From positions 1-61,278 of the IMG/VR virus record IMGVR_UViG_3300036393_000024: a stretch of 61,278 nt of DNA, one strand, 5' to 3'. Below are positions 38,363 through 47,282 of the stretch, piece by piece; the stretch's first letter is position 1, and each line of letters begins with the position of its first letter. This stretch comes from a virus (taxonomy: Duplodnaviria > Caudoviricetes). The notes below the pieces were generated by a model. That model saw only the letters and a program-made list of their open reading frames with translations, was not told the DNA's origin and ran no database searches. The position numbers and the translations under genes were made by a program.

Positions 38363-39010
38363 GTGGCCGCTCGCAGGCCCCTGGTCAACGTCGCGGGGCA
38401 GATCCAGGAGCTGCCGAGCGGTGACACGCTGCCGTTCGACGCCGCCTTCGGCCGCAACCTGGCGATCGGAGATCAAGGCTACGAGCTGGGCGTCTACGGG
38501 GACAAGCTGTCCAGCTTCCCCCGAGTGTTGGCGGACACCAACACCGCGTTCGCGTCCGGCTCTCGGGCCTGGACCGTGCTCCTCGGTCGGCTGGCCAAGG
38601 GCGAGAGCATCACCGGGTTCCGGCTGCGGGTCCTCACCGCGATGGTGGGCTCCACCTCGCCCCTGGCCAACCTGTTCTACGCCACCAGCTTGTCCTCCAC
38701 CGCCTGGACTCCGGCGTCCGGCTCGAACGTGGCGGTCACGCTCACCTCGACCGGCCAGGTGAACACCGCGCTGGCGCTCACCGCCTCCGACGATGTGTGG
38801 ATCCGCCTCGTGATCGTCCTCACCGGTACCGCACCCAGCACCTACCCGGCGTGGCTCACGAAGGGGAAGCTGGCCGGCATCGCGGACACCACCTCCGGTG
38901 GGCATCCGATCGGCGGGTTCTCCAACTCCACCAGCGCGCCGGGCGCCACCCACGACCCGTCCACCGGCTACACCGCCTCCACCACGCTCCCCTGGGTAAC
39001 CCTGTACTGA
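38363..39010 (+). CDS. Virion-associated beta-rich protein
   Basis: MAARRPLV...QELPSGDTL N-terminus; Thr/Ser-rich. Confidence 0.6.
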   Translation: MAARRPLVNVAGQIQELPSGDTLPFDAAFGRNLAIGDQGYELGVYGDKLSSFPRVLADTNTAFASGSRAWTVLLGRLAKGESITGFRLRVLTAMVGSTSPLANLFYATSLSSTAWTPASGSNVAVTLTSTGQVNTALALTASDDVWIRLVIVLTGTAPSTYPAWLTKGKLAGIADTTSGGHPIGGFSNSTSAPGATHDPSTGYTASTTLPWVTLY

Positions 39011-39149
39011 TGCTCCAAGGTGCTCGTTCCGGCCGTTCGTTCTCCTGACAGCACGCAGCACTGACCGCCCCCGGGCCCGAGCACGACAGGAGGACCGGTG
39101 GCATCAGCGTCCACTGGGATGAACGAAGCGGGGTTCCCGCGCGGCGGCG

Positions 39150-39464
39150 ATGAGTCCTGAACTCATCGCGTCGATCTTCACCGGGCTCACCGGTCTGGTC
39201 GTCGGGTTGGGCGCCTACACCGCCAACCGCTCCCGCTCGATCGCGGCCGACCACCGAGAGCTCCGCCGCCAGGTCCGGAAGCTGCAGAAACAGCTCGTCG
39301 CGACCCTGGGCCACGTATTCGAGCTGGAGATACGGATGGCCTCGTCTGGGCTGCCAGTTCCGGAACGGCCGAAGATCCTGGAGGACCTCGACGATGACGA
39401 CGCCACAGCAGCCGCGACGGCCAAGCGATCGATTGCTGGCGATGGCGGCGGACGCGACGGATGA
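39150..39464 (+). CDS. Single-TM coiled-coil lysis-region protein
   Basis: N-terminal TM followed by coiled coil. Confidence 0.65.
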   Translation: MSPELIASIFTGLTGLVVGLGAYTANRSRSIAADHRELRRQVRKLQKQLVATLGHVFELEIRMASSGLPVPERPKILEDLDDDDATAAATAKRSIAGDGGGRDG

Positions 39465-40233
39465 GCCCGCGTCGCAGCGTCCGCCGCCGCGGTTCCTGCC
39501 GGCCGTGCTCGTCGCACTCGGACTGCTCACGGCGGCCGCCGCGATGCTGCTGAGCAACGAGGCCGGGAAGAGCGACGAACGCGCCACCGCCGCCCGCGCC
39601 GAGTCGGTGTCGCTGGCCGAGCAGGTCGCCGGCGAGTGCGGGCAGGGTCGGCTGACGGGTCCGGTATGTGAGCGGGCCACGCGGGTCATCACGACCCCGG
39701 TCCCGGGACCGCCAGGCTCCCCCGGCGAACCGGGCATGCCCGGTGGTCGAGGCCCGGCCGGACCGGCGGGCCCCGCCGGTGTCGCCGGCGCGCCGGGTGC
39801 TGCGGGCGCGGCGGGTCAGGTCGGCGCGGCCGGTGTCGCGGGACCGACCGGGGTCGCCGGTCCGGCGGGCGCGCCCGGGCCGGTCGGTGAGGCTGGGCAG
39901 CCCGGCCAGGACGGGCAGCCTCCATCCGGCTGGACGGTCACCCGCGCCGACGGCACCACCGAGCGGTGCACTCGGGACACCGACGCCAACACCTACTCCT
40001 GCGGATCCGACGGGCCTCCGCCGCCGGTGCCGGCGTTGCCCAGCCCGGCCCCGGTGTTGGCGCTCACCTCGCAGCAGGCGGCGACGCCCGCGCGGCAGTC
40101 CACGGCCCAGCCCAAGCAAGCGAAGAACGGGAACACGAAGCAGCGGCGGAAGGCGGCTCCGAAGGCTGACAAGCCGCAGCTGCCCAAGCCGCCGAACCTC
40201 AAGCTACCCAAGCTGGCTCTGCCGAAGCTGTGA
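39394..40233 (+). CDS. Membrane-anchored collagen-like protein
   Basis: TM segment, Gly-X-Y run about 39706-39920, Cys pairs, Lys/Pro-rich tail. Confidence 0.75.
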   Translation: MTTPQQPRRPSDRLLAMAADATDEPASQRPPPRFLPAVLVALGLLTAAAAMLLSNEAGKSDERATAARAESVSLAEQVAGECGQGRLTGPVCERATRVITTPVPGPPGSPGEPGMPGGRGPAGPAGPAGVAGAPGAAGAAGQVGAAGVAGPTGVAGPAGAPGPVGEAGQPGQDGQPPSGWTVTRADGTTERCTRDTDANTYSCGSDGPPPPVPALPSPAPVLALTSQQAATPARQSTAQPKQAKNGNTKQRRKAAPKADKPQLPKPPNLKLPKLALPKL

Positions 40234-40455
40234 ACCCGGGGGGCGCGTCGCCCGCTGCTACTTAGTTTCCGAGTTTCATCCCGAGATCGGAGTTCGCCGA
40301 GCTCGGCCGCCCTCGTCGTCTGATCCGCTGGCCCGTGACGATGTGGCGGCGATCGCCGTAGGTGGATGCCTCGAACCGGCCCCACCGGCCGAGGAGCCGA
40401 CCGACCCGGGCACCAGCCACGAGAGCGCCCGCCAGCTGTAGATCCGCTCCCCACC

Positions 40456-40499
40456 GGCCGGCCCCGGCATGAGCCCCTGGCTCACAGCTGGGGCCGGCC
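40456..40499. terminator. Long GC hairpin upstream of endolysin
   Basis: GGCCGGCCCCGGC.TGAGCC-cct-GGCTCA..GCTGGGGCCGGCC. Confidence 0.4.
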
Positions 40500-40537
40500 A
40501 CCCCCCCTCGACAACTCGATAGCGCTCGGAGGTCCTC

Positions 40538-41338
40538 ATGGCCACGTCCCAGAACGGCTTCCTCGCCAACAACCGGGCCCTGGTGGCCTCCCAGCGCATC
40601 CCGGGTACGCAGGTGAACATCAGCGTGCGGACCGACGCTCCGGGCCTGCTGCTGCTCGAGGTGGCCGCCGCGTTCGACCGGCTGGTCGAGGACGTGGACA
40701 ACGCCCGGGGCGCCCTGGACGACTGGGGTTACGCCGAACGCCCGATCCGTGGCGGCGGCCAGCTGTCCAACCACGCCAGCGGCACCGCCATCGACCTCAA
40801 CGCCACCCGGCACCCGCTGGGCACCTCGCCCTCGGCCAATTTCAGCGCCGCCCAGGTCGTCCAGATCCGCAGGATCGTCGCGGTCACCGGTGGCGTCGTG
40901 CGGTGGGGCGGGGACTACACGGGCCGCAAGGACCCGATGCACTTCGAGATCAACGACGGCCGGACGGTCGCCCAGTGCCGCGTCGCCCTGGACGCCATGC
41001 GCCGCTTCAACGGTTCCCCCAGCCCCCAGGAGGTCGACGTGCCGTTTCCCACCCTCAAGCTCGGCGACGGCGTGCCGGACAGGCTCGACACCGGCCCTGC
41101 CGACCCCGGCCGCCAGCACTGGTTCGTCGACAGCGTGCAGACCCTGCTCAACAGGCGGGGGCTGAAGGACGACACCGGCAAGCCCCTGCCCCCGCTGCTG
41201 GTCGACGGCCAGTTCGGCACCGCCACCGAGGCCCGGGTGAAGGTGCTGCAGAGGCGATCCGGCGTCCCGCAGACCGGTCGCGTCGATGCCGTGACCTGGT
41301 ACTGGCTGGCCGGCAACGACGCACCCGACTTCGCGTGA
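40538..41338 (+). CDS. Endolysin: M15 peptidase + peptidoglycan-binding domain
   Basis: SQNG, DDWGYAER, SNHASGTAIDLN, WGGDY..KDPMHFEI; VDGQFGTATEARVK..Q..TG.VD..TW. Confidence 0.92.
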   Translation: MATSQNGFLANNRALVASQRIPGTQVNISVRTDAPGLLLLEVAAAFDRLVEDVDNARGALDDWGYAERPIRGGGQLSNHASGTAIDLNATRHPLGTSPSANFSAAQVVQIRRIVAVTGGVVRWGGDYTGRKDPMHFEINDGRTVAQCRVALDAMRRFNGSPSPQEVDVPFPTLKLGDGVPDRLDTGPADPGRQHWFVDSVQTLLNRRGLKDDTGKPLPPLLVDGQFGTATEARVKVLQRRSGVPQTGRVDAVTWYWLAGNDAPDFA

Positions 41339-41479
41339 GCGCTGCCGTCGGCATCGCGTTCGACTCTCGTGCTGTGTGAGCAGCGCTGATGCCTAACCAC
41401 GGCTGATTCTCGGCCAGTTCTCCGTCCCGCCGCCCGGGTTCTCCGCGCGGCCATCTCGTCATGCCCGAAGGAGCTCGAG

Positions 41480-42196
41480 ATGACCCTGACCCCTGCCCAG
41501 AAGGCAGCCATCGTGGCCGCCCTGACCCTCGTTCTGGGAATCTTCGGCCTGACGGTCGTGCCGTCGAATCCGCCGAGCTCCACGCCGGCGCCGGGCAGCA
41601 GTAAGTACGCCGCCTGCGTCGCGCCGTCCGGCATGACCGCGCTGATCGACCAGGACAAGAGCGACAGCCAGAAGCCGTGGCGGATCCCGCCCGGCTCCGA
41701 CCACGCCGAGGTGTGGTTCAACGCCGCCCCGCTGGACGCGAAGGCGGTCCAGGCCGGCTGGACCCAGAGCGTCTACCTCGACTACCTGCGCAACGGCCGA
41801 GACGTGTGGAACCAGAGCCCGTGCCTGGACGTGCACGTGGTGCAGCTGGAGGGCAACTACCGGGGCCTCGACCAGTGCCCGGCCGGGAAGAACTGCGTGC
41901 CGATCGTCATCGGTGACGGAGGCGGCGACGACGGCAACTTCAACGCCCGAGAGTCGGACGGGTTCACCATCGGCGGCGACATCCAGGTGCTCCGCAAGCT
42001 GTCGGCGAACACCGACTCGAAGGGCTGCAACGAGCGCAAGAACGTCGTGGCGCACGAGATGGGGCACGCCGTCGGCCTGGTCCACCGCCGCGGCCGGGTG
42101 CTGATGAACGGCGACACCTACGGCGACATCTGCACCGCCGACCCGGACGAGTACCGCAACCTGCTCTTCGACTACGGCCGCCAGATCCGGCGCTGA
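41480..42196 (+). CDS. Secreted/membrane-anchored metzincin (matrixin-like) protease
   Basis: N-terminal hydrophobic segment; HEMGHAVGLVH + VLM Met-turn. Confidence 0.8.
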   Translation: MTLTPAQKAAIVAALTLVLGIFGLTVVPSNPPSSTPAPGSSKYAACVAPSGMTALIDQDKSDSQKPWRIPPGSDHAEVWFNAAPLDAKAVQAGWTQSVYLDYLRNGRDVWNQSPCLDVHVVQLEGNYRGLDQCPAGKNCVPIVIGDGGGDDGNFNARESDGFTIGGDIQVLRKLSANTDSKGCNERKNVVAHEMGHAVGLVHRRGRVLMNGDTYGDICTADPDEYRNLLFDYGRQIRR

Positions 42197-42210
42197 CCAG
42201 GAGGTATCCC

Positions 42211-42582
42211 ATGATCTTCGGACGTGAGCCGGCGCTGTTCTACACGCTGGTCGCCAACATCATCACCCTGGCCTCCGGCCTGGGCCTGAACCTGTCGGTC
42301 GAGCAGCAGGGCGTGCTGAACGCCATGGTCGTGCTCCTGAGCGGCTGCGTGCTGGCGTGGAAGGTCGCGACCGAGCAGGGCATCGCGCTGCTCGGCGGGG
42401 TCGCCAAGGGTCTGATCGCGCTGGCCCTGGCCTTCGGCGCGCACCTGTCCCCCGAGCTGCAGAGCTCGGCCCTTCTCGTGGTCAACCTGGCCATCGCGTT
42501 CATCGTGCGCAGCCAGGTCACCGCCCCGACCCCGCCGCGGCTCCCGGCGGGCCGTGACGAGGCCGCGGAAGTCACGCCGTGA
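42211..42582 (+). CDS. Holin
   Basis: MIFGREPAL, 4 hydrophobic segments, RSQVTAP; in lysis cassette. Confidence 0.8.
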   Translation: MIFGREPALFYTLVANIITLASGLGLNLSVEQQGVLNAMVVLLSGCVLAWKVATEQGIALLGGVAKGLIALALAFGAHLSPELQSSALLVVNLAIAFIVRSQVTAPTPPRLPAGRDEAAEVTP

Positions 42583-42607
42583 TCCTGCTCGAGCAGGAGA
42601 GCCCGCG

Positions 42608-43525
42608 ATGCCCGTGACCCAGCCGGGCGCTGTGCTCGACCTGCGGGCGTGGAAGCTCACCCTGCCGATCGAGGGCCGCAAGAACGGGAAGGGCACCGGG
42701 AAGCCCCGGGAGATCCTGCCCTCCGAGCTGGTCGCACTCAGCGCCGACGATCTCACCGGCCTCGCCCCGTACATCCGGGCGGTCACCGTCCCGGCGGCCG
42801 GTGTGGAGTTCCGGGCACCGGTGGTCGGGTTCACCACGCCCGGATCGGAGAACAAGCGCTCCGAGCTGCGCGAGATGAACGCGAAGGACCCCACCAAGCT
42901 GGCCAGCTGGTCATCGACCGACGGTGTCGGGCATACCTGCTGGCTGGACGTCACCCCGACCCGGCTCCCGACCGGCAACGCCGGCGTCGGGCTGGTCCCG
43001 CAGCAGATCCACGACGTCGACGACGACGTCGCGGTCTGGCGGATCGAGGCGTCCGGGCTGTGGCTGGCCATCGGCGACCACCGCGAGAACTGGAGGCTCA
43101 TCGACCCCGGCTACAGGGTCGGGACCCGGCTGCGGCTCGCGCTGGTCGCGGTCGCCGGCGAGATCCGCGCCTACCGCGACGGGCAGCTGGCCCACCGGTT
43201 CCCGGCGAAGGTGTCCGGCTGCTACTTCAAGGCCGGCGCCTACACCCAGGCCAACGCTGGCGCCTACCCGATGTCGGCGGCCAACTACGGGGCCGCGGTC
43301 ATCCACGACCTGCGCGTCGTCCACGGCCCTGTGCAGGCCGTCCCGGGCCCACCCGCGCCGGCCCCGGCCCCGGGCGGCGCCGCACCGGTCACCACTCCCG
43401 CGGCGCCGAGCTCCCCGGTCGTCGGCAAGCCGGTCGTGTTCGTCGCCACGCCGACCGCCGACGGCGGATGGACGCTACGCCCGGTCCCGCCCGAGCTGCT
43501 GAAGGTCGACCCGGCCACCATCTAG
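42608..43525 (+). CDS. Polysaccharide lyase family 7 (alginate-lyase-like)
   Basis: WKLTLP, RSELRE, QIH, YFKAGAYTQ: the canonical PL7 motifs. Confidence 0.85.
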   Translation: MPVTQPGAVLDLRAWKLTLPIEGRKNGKGTGKPREILPSELVALSADDLTGLAPYIRAVTVPAAGVEFRAPVVGFTTPGSENKRSELREMNAKDPTKLASWSSTDGVGHTCWLDVTPTRLPTGNAGVGLVPQQIHDVDDDVAVWRIEASGLWLAIGDHRENWRLIDPGYRVGTRLRLALVAVAGEIRAYRDGQLAHRFPAKVSGCYFKAGAYTQANAGAYPMSAANYGAAVIHDLRVVHGPVQAVPGPPAPAPAPGGAAPVTTPAAPSSPVVGKPVVFVATPTADGGWTLRPVPPELLKVDPATI

Positions 43526-43660
43526 ACCAGCCGCTCCCCTGCTCGATCCTGGTGCCCACTCCGCCCACTTCCCCGGGGCGGCGCGGGCACCACTTCATCG
43601 TGAGCCTTGCCCGGCCGGCGGGGCGTCCCCGAAGCGCCCAGTCGCCGCCGAGCACGCCAG

Positions 43661-43710
43661 GCCCCCACCCGAACCCTCTTCCTGGGTCGGGCGGGGGCTC
43701 CTTCGTGCGT
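43661..43710 (+). terminator. Putative terminator ending the late operon
   Basis: GCCCCCACCCGAACCC...GGGTCGGGCGGGGGC stem followed by tccttcgt. Confidence 0.55.
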
Positions 43711-43846
43711 TCTAGTGGCATCGCCCGGGGACATCGACGCCAGCGCCGGCCAGCCACCAGGAGCGGAGACTACGACTGGCTCCATCCGGGTGACGTTGAC
43801 CGAAAACACCCCACCCCGGTGCGGTGGCCCGGAAAGCTGTGGAGCC

Positions 43847-43963
43847 ATGGGTAACCACGACAAGCCCGACACTGACCCCAGCCAGGACGGCCAGGCGCCC
43901 GGGATCCCGCCGGAGGCCGACCCGGGCAAGCACGCCAAGGACGACGACGACGAGAAGAAGTGA
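43847..43963 (+). CDS. 38-aa putative RiPP precursor (imiditide/pamtide-like)
   Basis: MGNHDKPDTDPSQDGQAPGIPPEADPGKHAKDDDDEKK; stop overlaps methyltransferase start (GTGA). Confidence 0.7.
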   Translation: MGNHDKPDTDPSQDGQAPGIPPEADPGKHAKDDDDEKK

Positions 43964-45006
43964 TCGACTGGGCCGAGGTGATGGACCGGGTCCCTCGGGA
44001 GCGGTTCATCCCCCAGGTGATCTGGCGTCATGAGCGCGGTCGCGGCGGCAACGACCACCTTCCGGTCGACCGGGCCACCGACCCTGATGCCTGGGCCGCC
44101 ATGGTCGCTGCCGACGAGCCGGTGGTGACCCAGGTCGACAACGGCCGTCCGGCGCCCGATGGGACCGGCCGCGAGGTCACCTCCTCCAGTTCCGACCGCC
44201 GGGTCGTGCTGAACATGCTCCAGCTTCTCGACGCGCAGCCAGGCGAGCGGGTGTTGGAGATCGGCGCCGGCACTGGATGGAACGCCGCCCTGCTGGCCGG
44301 GGGCGGGGCCCAGGTGGTCAGCCTCGAGGTCGACGAGCAGTTGGCCGAGACGGCGCTCGACAACCTGGTGCTGGCCGGCTACACCGAGGTGACGGTCGTC
44401 GGTGGAGACGGCCTACTGGGCTGGTCGGTCGCGGCACCCTACGACCGGCTGATCGCCACCGTCGGGGTGGAGACCGTGCCGGCCGCCTGGGTGGAGCAGA
44501 CCCGCCTCGGCGGCCGGCTGGTGGTGCCGCTGACCAACCAGTGGCAGCCGCCCGGCACCGTGGTGCTGGAACGGACCCCGAGCGGCGCGATCGGCCGGAT
44601 CGCCGCCCGATCGGCGTTCATGTCCGTGCGCTCCCAGCACCGCAACCGGCTCGCCGGGAGCAGTTACACGGCGCCGGCGGAGGTGCGGGGACGCTGCGAT
44701 GTGCACCCGCACGCCCTGGCCGGCGACCCGGACGCAGCGACGGCGATCGGCCAGCGGGTCATGGAGATCAGTTGGTCGTGGGCCAAGTCGAACGGCTGCG
44801 GGGTGCTGCACCTGTTCGGCGGCGACGGCATCTCCTGGGCGTGGTTGGACGACGAGGGCGACACCGAACAGGCGGGCCCCCGACGGCTGCTGGACGAGGT
44901 CCTGGCCGCGTACGGCTGGTGGGTGGAGCAGAGCAAGCCCGCCCGGGAGGACTGGGTCGTGACCGTGGACCTGGACGGCCGGCAGCGGATCGAGCTACGC
45001 AGCTGA
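43960..45006 (+). CDS. PIMT-like O-methyltransferase (RiPP-associated type with C-terminal extension)
   Basis: VPRERFIP, TSSSS, VLEIGAGTGWNAALL, GDG..G...APYDRLIAT, GGRLVVP, FMSVR, C-terminal AGPRRL. Confidence 0.88.
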   Translation: MIDWAEVMDRVPRERFIPQVIWRHERGRGGNDHLPVDRATDPDAWAAMVAADEPVVTQVDNGRPAPDGTGREVTSSSSDRRVVLNMLQLLDAQPGERVLEIGAGTGWNAALLAGGGAQVVSLEVDEQLAETALDNLVLAGYTEVTVVGGDGLLGWSVAAPYDRLIATVGVETVPAAWVEQTRLGGRLVVPLTNQWQPPGTVVLERTPSGAIGRIAARSAFMSVRSQHRNRLAGSSYTAPAEVRGRCDVHPHALAGDPDAATAIGQRVMEISWSWAKSNGCGVLHLFGGDGISWAWLDDEGDTEQAGPRRLLDEVLAAYGWWVEQSKPAREDWVVTVDLDGRQRIELRS

Positions 45007-45024
45007 AGGGGATCGCCCCGGGCT

Positions 45025-45276
45025 CTACGGCCACTCCCGGTGGCCGTAGGCGGCGCAGCGGCCATCGGCGTCGAGCCTTGCCCGGCACTCCCGCCAGCCG
45101 CCGCTCATCCACATCCGGGCCCGACAGCGGCGCTGTGGCTCCGGCGGCAGCCCGGTCAGGACGCGCCGCAGCACCAGCTCGGACAAGCTGAGCCCGGCCT
45201 CGGCCGCTTCGCCGACGAGGCGCTGGTAGACCTCCGGCGGGACGCGGGCGGCCACGACCCGCTGGTGCTGGCTCAT
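45025..45276 (-). CDS. Ribbon-helix-helix-like DNA-binding protein
   Basis: VVAARVPPEVYQRL..EA...GLSLSELV. Confidence 0.55.
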   Translation of the reverse strand: MSQHQRVVAARVPPEVYQRLVGEAAEAGLSLSELVLRRVLTGLPPEPQRRCRARMWMSGGWRECRARLDADGRCAAYGHREWP

Positions 45277-45557
45277 CGGCGCCGTCCTCGGACGGCGGTG
45301 GCCGGGTCGCGGGCCCACAGGTGCGCCTTGGGGCAGCTGAGCCGGTGGTGCAAGTGCAGCCGCCGGCCGCCGGCGCGGGCGCCGAGCTGCTGTCGTGGCC
45401 CAAGCACGCCGGCGGTCGGCCGGCCGTCTGGGCCGGGCTGGCCGAGCAGGATGTTCCCGTTCGGGTCGGGGTCGGCGTCGACCGGCATCGCCTTCCCGGC
45501 CGCGGTGGTGCACCAGACGATCGCCGCCCGGCAGTGGTTACAGACCTCGCGGTTCAT
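45273..45557 (-). CDS. Hypothetical Zn-finger protein
   Basis: CNHCRAAIVW.TT..GKAMPVD..P...GN...H..SCP. Confidence 0.7.
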   Translation of the reverse strand: MNREVCNHCRAAIVWCTTAAGKAMPVDADPDPNGNILLGQPGPDGRPTAGVLGPRQQLGARAGGRRLHLHHRLSCPKAHLWARDPATAVRGRRR

Positions 45558-45889
45558 CCGTCGCCGCCGGCGGCCGGCCGAACGCGTAGGTAAGCCCAGC
45601 CCTCGACGTCGGCGAGCTGGGTCTCAGCGACGTAGCCGTGCCGCATGGCGATCAGGTCGGCCTGCTCGCGGTTCGCGGCCCGGATGGTCATGGGCTCGTC
45701 GAGCAGCAGCACATCGCCGAGCGCCTGCCTCAAGCTGGCGGCGGCCAGCAGCTCATCGAGCTGGCCCATTTCGTAGCCGGCGCAGTACGCCTCGTCGTCG
45801 TAGGGTCCGCCCTTCGAGTGGACGGCCACGAACGGCATCACCAGCCCGTACTCGACGTCGGGCGCCTGCTCCTGCTCTTCGTCATCCAC
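45554..45889 (-). CDS. Hypothetical protein
   Basis: LVMPFVAV.SKGGPYDD.AY.AGYEMG; coupled ORF. Confidence 0.65.
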   Translation of the reverse strand: MDDEEQEQAPDVEYGLVMPFVAVHSKGGPYDDEAYCAGYEMGQLDELLAAASLRQALGDVLLLDEPMTIRAANREQADLIAMRHGYVAETQLADVEGWAYLRVRPAAGGDG

Positions 45890-46340
45890 TGACCTGCTCC
45901 TCCGTGGGGCCTGTTGAGTCGGACGCCGGCGCCACGTAGCCGTGCCGGTAACGCGGTAGCGGCTCCCGACCAGGTACGAACGCGCAGCTGGTGTGGGGAT
46001 CCAACTCGTTGCCGGCGGCGTCGTAGTAGACGGGCGGGTCGAGCTCGACCCCGTCCTCGTCGCGCTCGACCCGCTCGACGCTGGCGGCCCGGAGCTCCTG
46101 CTCGCTCATCTCACCCGGGTAGCACCACTCGCCGGCCAGGACCTGGTAGCCGCTGGCGCGCTCGACGTGGCGGAACTCCTCGTCGAGCTCCTCCAAACAG
46201 GCCACCATGCGGCGCTGCCACTGCAGCGGCATCGACTGCATCAGAACCCGGGGCAGCACCAGGTACGAGCTGTAGCTCAGCTCGAACCAGCTGTGCACCG
46301 GCCCGCTGGTCCGCTCCCAGGACCGGTCCAAGGCGCTCAC
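45882..46340 (-). CDS. Hypothetical phage protein
   Basis: HSWFELSYSSYLVLPRVLMQSMP..WQ. Confidence 0.7.
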   Translation of the reverse strand: MSALDRSWERTSGPVHSWFELSYSSYLVLPRVLMQSMPLQWQRRMVACLEELDEEFRHVERASGYQVLAGEWCYPGEMSEQELRAASVERVERDEDGVELDPPVYYDAAGNELDPHTSCAFVPGREPLPRYRHGYVAPASDSTGPTEEQVSG

Positions 46341-46558
46341 CCCACACCTACACCGGGTGGATCCACCGGCAGGTGAACCACGATCAGCCATGCGCCCACC
46401 ACTCCGGCACCGACGAACCATGCGACCGCGGGCCACCACCACCAGCCCGGCACACCCGCGCGGGTCTGCACGTCGCGGTGCAGCAGCCACGTGAGCGGAG
46501 CCGTGCACGCGAGCATCCACACCGCGATGGCGCCCAGGAGCGTGATCACCGGTATCAC
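46337..46558 (-). CDS. Small 2-TM protein
   Basis: Hydrophobic; GTGA overlaps. Confidence 0.5.
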   Translation of the reverse strand: MIPVITLLGAIAVWMLACTAPLTWLLHRDVQTRAGVPGWWWWPAVAWFVGAGVVGAWLIVVHLPVDPPGVGVG

Positions 46559-46992
46559 CGCTCACAGCCGGCGAGGATCAGCGCGACGACGGTGAGCGCC
46601 AGGTGGTGCAGCGCCTGGTCGGCGAGGTACGGGCCGTGCAGCGGCAGCACCCCGGTGCTGATCGGGCGAGGGGCGGACTCGAACCCCTTCGCTACCACGA
46701 CGCGCACCTGCGGTCTGGCGAAGTTCGTCGAGCCGGTGTGCTCGAGCAGCCGCGCGACGGGCCAGCGGCGGTCCAGGAACGCGTGCGAAGCGGCCGAGAA
46801 TGCTATTCCGGCCGCCGTCGCCCGCCAGCTCGGCCGGACCCCGAGCGAGCGCAGGACGGCGATCGCGGCAGCCTGGGTGGCGTGGTAGCCGACTAGGTGC
46901 CCGGCCATCGCGCGCCAGCTGGTCGCCTTCCCGGCAGCCTGGTGATCGGTCTGGACGACGTGGTCGCCGAGGTCGTGCGCGGCCCACAGCAT
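46555..46992 (-). CDS. DUF3307-like membrane protein (start uncertain)
   Basis: AHDLGDHVVQT, H...D.RWP, DQALH. Confidence 0.7.
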   Translation of the reverse strand: MLWAAHDLGDHVVQTDHQAAGKATSWRAMAGHLVGYHATQAAAIAVLRSLGVRPSWRATAAGIAFSAASHAFLDRRWPVARLLEHTGSTNFARPQVRVVVAKGFESAPRPISTGVLPLHGPYLADQALHHLALTVVALILAGCER

Positions 46993-47033
46993 CGCCAGGG
47001 CGGCGCCGAACCGCCCGGCCCGGCCGCCGCCGG

Positions 47034-47276
47034 CTACGCGGGGACGCGTGGTGCCGGGACGGTGGCCCGCCGGATCCGGGCGGGGTGCGCCGGCGGCCCG
47101 GTCAGCGGCCGCCCGCTGAACCTGTTCACGCAGGTCATGCCCGCCACGGCCGGGCAGTCCGTGCAGTCCACGGTCTCGGCGAGCTCGCGCTCGGCCAGCC
47201 ACTCCAGCCGGTACCAGTCGGCGAGCTGCGCGCGGGTCAGCCGTCCCCGAACCATCATCCTCGCCTCCTCCTGCAC
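47034..47276 (-). CDS. Small Zn-finger protein
   Basis: CTDC.A..G..C...H..R. Confidence 0.55.
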   Translation of the reverse strand: MQEEARMMVRGRLTRAQLADWYRLEWLAERELAETVDCTDCPAVAGMTCVNRFSGRPLTGPPAHPARIRRATVPAPRVPA

Positions 47277-47282
47277 GACTCG

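Noticed and set aside
30190-42196. Diversity-generating retroelement TR/VR pair for the duplicated protease segments
   Set aside because: No reverse transcriptase is present and the differences are not adenine-specific.
43960-45006. DNA methyltransferase or housekeeping repair Pcm
   Set aside because: It has no DPPY/NPPY/PC motifs, and the C-terminal extension plus coupled peptide favour the RiPP-type enzyme.
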